Below, piece after piece: positions 59,897 to 64,000 of a DNA stretch of 64,000 nucleotides. Under the pieces are notes generated by a model that had not been told where the DNA came from, ran no database searches, and saw only the letters and a program-made list of their open reading frames with translations. Position 1 is the first letter of the stretch; each line of letters begins with the position of its first letter. Made by a program: the position numbers and the translations under genes. Origin of the DNA: Candidatus Coprousia avicola (GTDB taxonomy: Bacteria > Actinomycetota > Coriobacteriia > Coriobacteriales > Coriobacteriaceae); NCBI GenBank assembly GCA_018715125.1, contig DVMF01000007.1:38452-102451 (forward strand), read 5' to 3'.

Positions 59897-60499
59897 ATGG
59901 TTGTGACCGTCGCCGCTGAGCGGGACCTGCCGGCCGTAGAGCGTCTGTACCGAGCGGCAATCGAGGAGATGTGCGGCGCGCCGCATGATGTGTGGTGGGA
60001 GTTTGGCGTGCATCCTAGTCGCGAGGGGCTGCGCGCCTCCGCCTCGCGCGGCGAGCTCATCGTTGCGCGCGATGGCGCGCCCGCCACCGTAGGCGACGGG
60101 GCGGTACCTCAGCCGGAGGCACCGCTTCTCGGCGCCTGCGTGGTTGATGGCGCGCAGGATGCGGGATATCGCACGGCCGCATGGCCCACACCTGCCCCCG
60201 ACCACGAGGTCGCCGTGCTGCACCTGCTCGCGGTCGCACCCGAGGGGCGCGGGCGGGGCGTCGCGCGCCGCTTGGTCGCTGCGGCGGCTCGGGAGGCGCG
60301 CGCCCGGGGCGCCCGAGTGCTGAGGCTCGATGTGTTCGACAACAACGCGCCAGCGATTGCGCTCTACCGGTCCTGCGGCTTTACCGATCTGGGCGCGCGG
60401 GCGTTTGCCTACGACGAGGGCTTCACGCACGGGGCGCACCTCATGGAGCTCGACCTGGGGCTGCCGGGCGCCCTAGACACGACGGTGGTGACACGATGA
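59897..60499 (+). CDS. GNAT-family N-acetyltransferase
   Basis: LHLLAVAPEGRGRGVARRL, LRLDV...N.PAIALYRSCGF. Confidence 0.9.
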   Translation: MVVTVAAERDLPAVERLYRAAIEEMCGAPHDVWWEFGVHPSREGLRASASRGELIVARDGAPATVGDGAVPQPEAPLLGACVVDGAQDAGYRTAAWPTPAPDHEVAVLHLLAVAPEGRGRGVARRLVAAAAREARARGARVLRLDVFDNNAPAIALYRSCGFTDLGARAFAYDEGFTHGAHLMELDLGLPGALDTTVVTR

Positions 60500-61437
60500 G
60501 CGCCCTTCTCGGCGGGTGCGCACCCGCCGCTTGCGAGCTCTGCCCGCGCCGTTGCCGGGCCGACCGCGCCCAGGGGGCGCGCGGCATCTGCGGCGCGGAC
60601 GACACGCTCAAGATCGCCCGCGCGGCGCTCCATTTTTGGGAGGAGCCGCCCATCTCGGGCGAGGCGGGGTCCGGCACTGTCTTTTTCAGCGGCTGCCCGC
60701 TCAAATGCGTCTACTGCCAGAACCACGAGATCTCGACCGGCAATTTCGGCCTCGAGGTCGCGCCCGAGCGCCTCGTCGAGATCATGCTCGAGCTCGAGGA
60801 CCAGGGTGCGCTCAACATCAACCTCGTCACGGCGACGCATTACGCGCACCTACTGCCCGCCGCGCTTGCCGCGGCGCGGGAGCGCGGCCTTACGGCCCCC
60901 ATCGTCTACAACACGAGCGGCTACGAGCGGGTCGAGGCGGTGCGCGAGCTCGGCGATCTGGTGGACATCTGGCTGACCGACTTCAAGTACGCCGACCCCG
61001 CGCTGGGCAGGGCGCTCAGCCATGTGGACGATTACCCCGCCGTCGCCGCCCGGGCGCTCGCGCAGATGGCGGCCGAGCTCGCGCGCCGGGGAGGAGCTGC
61101 GGAGCGGCGGGACGGCACATGGACGCGCGGCATCATCGTGCGCCACCTGGTGCTGCCGGGGCACGCGGACGACTCGTGCCGCGTGCTCGACCTCATCTGG
61201 CAGACGGTGGGAGATGTGCCCATCTCGGTCATGAACCAGTACACGCCCAACGCCGCCATGCGCGCCGCCGGCGGCGACCTCGCCCGCGCCGTGACGGACG
61301 ACGAGTACGAGCTCGTGCTCGACCATGCCGACGACCTCGGCTTCACGCAGCTCTTCTGGCAGGAGGGCGGCGCGGTGGACGAGAGCTTCACCCCGGCGTT
61401 CGATACGACGGGCGTGCTCGAGCGCGCCGACCGGTAG
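60496..61437 (+). CDS. Radical SAM protein (PflX-like)
   Basis: CELCPRRC, HFWEEPPISG and FFSGCPLKCVYCQN (CxxxCxxC), RHLVLPG. Confidence 0.9.
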   Translation: MSALLGGCAPAACELCPRRCRADRAQGARGICGADDTLKIARAALHFWEEPPISGEAGSGTVFFSGCPLKCVYCQNHEISTGNFGLEVAPERLVEIMLELEDQGALNINLVTATHYAHLLPAALAAARERGLTAPIVYNTSGYERVEAVRELGDLVDIWLTDFKYADPALGRALSHVDDYPAVAARALAQMAAELARRGGAAERRDGTWTRGIIVRHLVLPGHADDSCRVLDLIWQTVGDVPISVMNQYTPNAAMRAAGGDLARAVTDDEYELVLDHADDLGFTQLFWQEGGAVDESFTPAFDTTGVLERADR

Positions 61438-61695
61438 CGGCGTCCCGCATCGCGCGGCCCCGGCGGGGCTGTTGCCGTAGACATCCCCGGGGCTGCTGCC
61501 GGGTGCCGGGGCGCCCGGGCGCGCCCGGATGCGCCCGGGCGCGGGTGCGCCCGCGGTAGGTTGCGGGTAGGTTGCGCCCGCGCCCGCGCCCGCGCGCGTT
61601 ACGAATCTGTGTGCGCAACCTAACCTCGGGGTATACTGGGGGGCGTAAATTTCGCGCCGCCCGCGCCGCGGCGCCACGTGAGGGAAGGGGTCTCC

Positions 61696-62106
61696 ATGGC
61701 CGAACAGGATGCGCGCCCGCTGACCGACGAGGAGCGCGCCGAACTCGAGGCGCTGCGCGCCGAGAAGGCCCGCCGCGAACGCGCCGAGCTCGAGGCGCTG
61801 CGCGCGGAGGGGGCTGCCGCGGTGCCGTCGACGCCCGCACCTGCCCCGCAGCCCGCGTCGGCTGCCCGCCAGGCCCCGGCGGCGCCCGCCGCGGCGCCCC
61901 GCGCCGCCGCCCCGGATAAACCCGTCGTTGCCGAGGACCCCGCCGAGCGGACGTTCGGCCAGCGCATGGTGCTCTCGGACACCGAGGACGAGGACGGCCT
62001 CCCGTCGATGCCGCCCGCCCAGAAGATCGTCATCGGCGTCTGCCTCGTCCTCGCCGTCGTGGTCATCATCTACGTGACCATGACCAATAACGGCATGATC
62101 GGATAG
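61696..62106 (+). CDS. Hypothetical C-terminally anchored membrane protein
   Basis: RBS GGAAGGGG, host-like codon usage, RAELEALRAE repeat, Ala/Pro linker and one C-terminal transmembrane helix. Confidence 0.7.
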   Translation: MAEQDARPLTDEERAELEALRAEKARRERAELEALRAEGAAAVPSTPAPAPQPASAARQAPAAPAAAPRAAAPDKPVVAEDPAERTFGQRMVLSDTEDEDGLPSMPPAQKIVIGVCLVLAVVVIIYVTMTNNGMIG

Positions 62107-62142
62107 CGCCCCGCGCGCCGTCTGAGGAAAGGAAGCGTTCCC

Positions 62143-63657
62143 ATGGCACTCACCGACACCGCCCGCCCCACCGACGTGGCGCTTCTGACCGACCTCTACG
62201 AGCTCACCATGGCCCAGGGGCTGTGGGAGAACGGCAAGCTCGACGAGGAGGACTGCTTCTGCGCGTTCTACCGCGACAACCCCTTTGGCGGCGTCTTCGC
62301 GGTGATGTGCGGGACCTCGGACTTGGCGGACCTGGTGGAGAACCTGCGCTTCACCGATGAGGACATCGCCTACCTCGGCTCGCTCGAGGCCCCCGCGGGC
62401 GGCGCCCTCTTCAAGCCGGGCTTTCTGGAGTACCTGCGCGGATTTCGCGCGCACCTCGATATCGACGCGGTGCCCGAGGGCGAGATCGTCTTCCCCCGCG
62501 AGCCCATGGTGCGCGTCATGGGGCCGGCGCTCGAGTGCCAGCTCGTGGAGACGGCGCTGCTCAACACCATCAACTTCCAGACGCTCGTGGCCACCAAGAC
62601 CGCGCGCGTGGTGCAGGCGGCCCAGGGTCGCCCTGTGGCGGAGTTCGGCCTGCGCCGCGCCCAGGGACCTGACGGCGGCATGGCCGTCGCCCGCGCGAGC
62701 TACGTGGCGGGCTGCGCCTCGACGTCCAACGTCCTCGCCGGGCGCCGCTATGGCATCCCCGTCTTCGGCACGCACGCGCACAGCTGGGTCATGAGCTTCG
62801 ACAGCGAGCTCGAGGCGTTCCGCGCCTTCGCGCGCACGGCGCCCAACAACTGCACGCTGCTCATCGACACGTACGACGTGCGCGAGGGCGTGGAGAACGC
62901 CATCACCGTCGCGCACGAGATGGAGGAGCGCGGCGAGCGGCTCGCGGCCATCCGCATCGACTCGGGCGACCTCGCCAAGCTCTCCGCCTACGTGCGCGGG
63001 CGCTTCGACGAGGAGGGGCTCGACTACGTCAAGATCTCGGTTTCCAACGACCTCGACGAGTACACCATCCAGTCGCTCATCAACCAGGGCGCGCCCATCG
63101 ACTCGTTTGGCGTGGGCACCAAGCTCGCCACCTGCTACGACCAGCCGGCGCTCGGCGGCGTCTACAAGCTCGCTGCGCGCCGGCCTGCGGGCACGCACGC
63201 GTGGACGCCCGTCGTGAAGCTCTCCGAGCAGCCCTACAAGCGCACCATCCCCGGTATCCAGCAGGTGCGCCGCTATATGGACGACGCCGGCAGCCCCGCG
63301 TGCGACATGATCGTCGACGAGGCGTATCTGGAGGGCGAGGGCGCCGACCGCGGCTCCACGCTGGTGGCGGTGAACGACGCCGCGCTCGTGACGAGCGTCG
63401 CCGGTATGGATTACCGCGAGATCCTCGTGCCCGTGGTGCGCGACGGCCGTGCCGTGGCGCCGCGCGAGCCGCTCGAGGTCGCGCGCGCCCGCTGCCAGGC
63501 GGCGCTCGAAGCGCTCGACCCCGTGTACAAGCGCTTCCTCTACCCGCAGTCCTACGTGGTGGGTATGGAGTCCGGCCTGGCCCGCGTGCGCGACGAGCTC
63601 GTGCGCACCCGCATGGCCGAGACCAAGACGGCGCTGCCCTGGAAGGCGCGCCGCTAA
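62143..63657 (+). CDS. pncB: Nicotinate phosphoribosyltransferase
   Basis: LLTDLYELTM, EFGLRRAQG, GTHAHSW, LIDTYD, IRIDSGD and GVGT. Confidence 0.96.
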   Translation: MALTDTARPTDVALLTDLYELTMAQGLWENGKLDEEDCFCAFYRDNPFGGVFAVMCGTSDLADLVENLRFTDEDIAYLGSLEAPAGGALFKPGFLEYLRGFRAHLDIDAVPEGEIVFPREPMVRVMGPALECQLVETALLNTINFQTLVATKTARVVQAAQGRPVAEFGLRRAQGPDGGMAVARASYVAGCASTSNVLAGRRYGIPVFGTHAHSWVMSFDSELEAFRAFARTAPNNCTLLIDTYDVREGVENAITVAHEMEERGERLAAIRIDSGDLAKLSAYVRGRFDEEGLDYVKISVSNDLDEYTIQSLINQGAPIDSFGVGTKLATCYDQPALGGVYKLAARRPAGTHAWTPVVKLSEQPYKRTIPGIQQVRRYMDDAGSPACDMIVDEAYLEGEGADRGSTLVAVNDAALVTSVAGMDYREILVPVVRDGRAVAPREPLEVARARCQAALEALDPVYKRFLYPQSYVVGMESGLARVRDELVRTRMAETKTALPWKARR

Positions 63658-63710
63658 GCTGCTTGAGTGAGGGGGCGCCCGGCGAGCCCGGCGCCCTGCA
63701 AGGAGGATTC

Positions 63711-64000
63711 ATGTCCCGAGACCGCACGGCCCCGTCGGGCCGCCCGCGCATCATGGTGGTGAAAATCGGCTCGTCGACGCTCGTGCGCGGGACGGACGGG
63801 CCCGACCGCGCCTTTATCGACGCCCTCGCCGCGCAGGCGCGCGACCTCGCCCGCCGCGGCTGGGCGCTCGTGGTCGTGAGCTCCGGCGCCATCGCCTGCG
63901 GCGCGCCCATCTTGGGGTTTGTGCGCCGGCCTGCCGACATGCCGAGCCTGCAGGCCTGCGCCTCGGTGGGGCAGTGCGCGCTCTCGGCCGTGTACGACGA
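63711..64000 (+). CDS. proB: Glutamate 5-kinase (5' part; runs off the window)
   Basis: Manual translation gives MSRDR...MVVKIGSSTLV...VVVSSGAIACG...QACASVGQ; RBS AAGGAGG. Confidence 0.9.
   Translation, partial: MSRDRTAPSGRPRIMVVKIGSSTLVRGTDGPDRAFIDALAAQARDLARRGWALVVVSSGAIACGAPILGFVRRPADMPSLQACASVGQCALSAVYD

Overview
64 kb of high-GC chromosome, probably from a Coriobacteriia-type actinobacterium (four-repeat actinobacterial S1 protein, tandem YhgE/Pip genes, Firmicutes-like sugar PTS genes); the taxon is inferred, not proven. It is mostly housekeeping and metabolism: rpsA, pstSCAB, upp, luxS, a cadC-HMA-cadA metal operon, a DAHP synthase, serC-serA-DUF1015, trpS, a wecA-like gene, a trehalose treR-treB-treC cluster, tRNA-Ala(CGC), pncB and partial proB. 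Features the ORF track misses: a BglG/LicT antiterminator cut by the left edge, a frameshifted GH1 with unusual active-site residues, a decaying ECF sigma/anti-sigma pair, a probable 6S RNA, and operator sets for LacI, a PhoP-like regulator, CadC, MntR and TreR. The most notable system is an AT-richer islet just after tRNA-Ala. It encodes an AbiF/Abi_2 HEPN nuclease (RNICGH) preceded by its own promoter and a compact structured RNA resembling the abiF motif, and the expected start codon reads ATC instead of ATG. Several intergenic regions hold unexplained palindrome-centred repeat arrays and a MITE-like element. No CRISPR array, integrase or intact transposase was seen. All calls come from reading motifs by eye; no database searches were run.
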